A stretch of DNA of 63,730 nucleotides, filler included, from Octopus bimaculoides (Eukaryota): the NCBI RefSeq assembly GCF_001194135.2. It is 3 parts of 3 records of this genome, joined end to end, with 100 filler letters (N's around TTAATTAATTAA, not from the genome) between each part and the next. Parts side by side here need not be neighbours in the genome. Positions count along the whole stretch, not along the records: positions 56,270 to 63,730 come from NC_068995.1; 2 more parts are not named here. The stretch is one strand, 5' to 3'. Every line of letters begins with the position of its first letter. Position 1 is the stretch's first letter. Position numbers and translations under genes: made by a program. Under the pieces are notes generated by a model. The model worked only from the letters and a program-made list of their open reading frames with translations. It searched no databases and was not told the DNA's origin. Below, piece by piece: positions 61,845-63,730 of this stretch.

Positions 61845-62621
61845 AGACTTCGTTTTTTTCGGTTGGTAATAAAAAATTATTTCATAAAACGTAACTTCAC
61901 ACTTTCTTTTCCGTTTTTGCTTTTCTTAGTCTTCCTTCCACCCTTTCTTGTCTTTTTCTTTCTCCTTTATTTTGTCGCTAAGTTTAAACATATCGATTGG
62001 ATTTCCATCTAATGGCTATTGATTTATGACTTGTGTATTTAGTGTGCATATCTCTGGACATAGAAATTAATCAAGCAACGCAATTTCACACACACCCCGG
62101 TTCGTATACACACACACACACACACATACACACACACTCATACATATATATATANNNNNNNNNNNNNNNNNNNNNNNNNNNNNNNNNNNNNNNNNNNNNN
62201 NNNNNNNNNNNNNNNNNNNNNNNNNNNNNNNNNNNNNNNNNNNNNNNNNNNNNNNNNNNNNNNNNNNNNNNNNNNNNNNNNNNNNNNNNNNNNNNNNNNN
62301 NNNNNNNNNNNNNNNNNNNNNNNNNNNNNNNNNNNNNNNNNNNNNNNNNNNNNNNNNNNNNNNNNNNNNNNNNNNNNNNNNNNNNNNNNNNNNNNNNNNN
62401 NNNNNNNNNNNNNNNNNNNNNNNNNNNNNNNNNNNNNNNNNNNNNNNNNNNNNNNNNNNNNNNNNNNNNNNNNNNNNNNNNNNNNNNNNNNNNNNNNNNN
62501 NNNNNNNNNNNNNNNNNNNNNNNNNNNNNNNNNNNNNNNNNNNNNNNNNNNNNNNNNNNNNNNNNNNNNNNNNNNNNNNNNNNNNNNNNNNNNNNNNNNN
62601 NNNNNNNNNNNNNNNNNNNNN

Positions 62622-62673
<52 letters not shown>

Positions 62674-63065
62674 GGTATAGATATGAATTTATTTAACATT
62701 GAATCGGTGTAAATTGTTGGTTCCACCTATGAATAATATTGAGCTTTTAGGTATTTGTGTTCTTCGTTGAGAATTGTTTTGTCTGGCTCCAGTTTCGAAC
62801 TCTTTTCAACAAAGTTTATATTGTGACGTCCGTCTCATCTTTTATTTGTTTCATTCATTGGACTGTTGTCATGCTGGAGGACCGCCTGCAAGAGTTAAGT
62901 CGAACAAAATGACTCAGTACATATTTTCAAAGCTTTATTCCATTGGATCCGTTTTGCCGAATTGCAAAGTGACGGGAATGTAAACATACCGACAACGCCT
63001 GTTGTTTAGCAGCGGTGGGAAACAAACACAAGCACACGTGCTTATATAGCTCCTGCATAGGTTAC

Positions 63066-63110
<45 letters not shown>

Positions 63111-63730
63111 NNNNNNNNNNTATGTGTGTGTGTGTGTGTACATATACGAAGGATTTCTTTCAGTTTCCGTCTACCAAACCCACTGGCATGGCTTAGGTCG
63201 ACTCGGGCTATAGTAAAAGACATTTGCTCAGGGTGCTGCGCAGTGGGACTGAACCCAAGGCCACATGGTTCTCAACCACAGAGCCACACTTGTGCCGAAG
63301 TGGAGTAAAACATAAATATTCTTTTTAGATTATTTCATACAAAATATCTTCAGGATTTTAGATTATTTTAGATTATTATTTTGTCATATAATTTTGTGCT
63401 TTTCTTTTCACCGAGATCGATAAGAAATGAAAAGTAACAGTTACATATGGCTGGTGTCTGCTTGATCGATCAAATTCATACCTTATCGATTTCAAGAGAT
63501 TCAAATCAATGGGGAATGTTTGTCCGTGTTTCTGTAAATAAGGTTGTTGTTTGAATAGGGGGCTTGAGATTCGGGAAGGATACTTCAATGAAGCCCTGAG
63601 CGCTCCAGAGTTTTTTTTAGTAAGTTTTCCTAGTATTGTATGGAAGATATTCGAAAAGTATCACATCCTGATGATGCTATCCATTCTCTTTATAAGACAC
63701 GCGCGCACGCACACATACACACAATATATA

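Overview
AT-rich, microsatellite- and SINE-dense animal DNA. The repeat families and gap style suggest Octopus, probably an O. bimaculoides draft scaffold (inference). Manual splice reconstruction finds two minus-strand genes that the ORF track shows only in fragments. (1) A complete 13-coding-exon WDR89 (368 aa, 29744->5772), with every intron GT-AG and phase-consistent. (2) Upstream of it, a divergent ionotropic-glutamate-receptor/IR-like gene (48950->32630). It encodes a signal peptide plus an amino-terminal (LIVBP-like) domain, has two apparently disrupted internal exons, and has no visible S1/TM/S2 exons before WDR89 begins. An artificial unsized scaffold spacer (31142-31241) lies between the two genes. 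The rest is TE debris: several tRNA-type SINE families, RTE and BovB-like LINE fragments, Penelope-like and REL-LINE fragments, two mariner fragments, and a Helitron RepHel relic split by a solo LTR. There is also a non-autonomous Helitron and at least five fold-back/MITE palindromes, one carrying TTAGGG-like repeats. CpG content appears to switch near 30-31 kb, from depleted over WDR89 to retained over the receptor gene. All family assignments are from motif recall; no database search was run.
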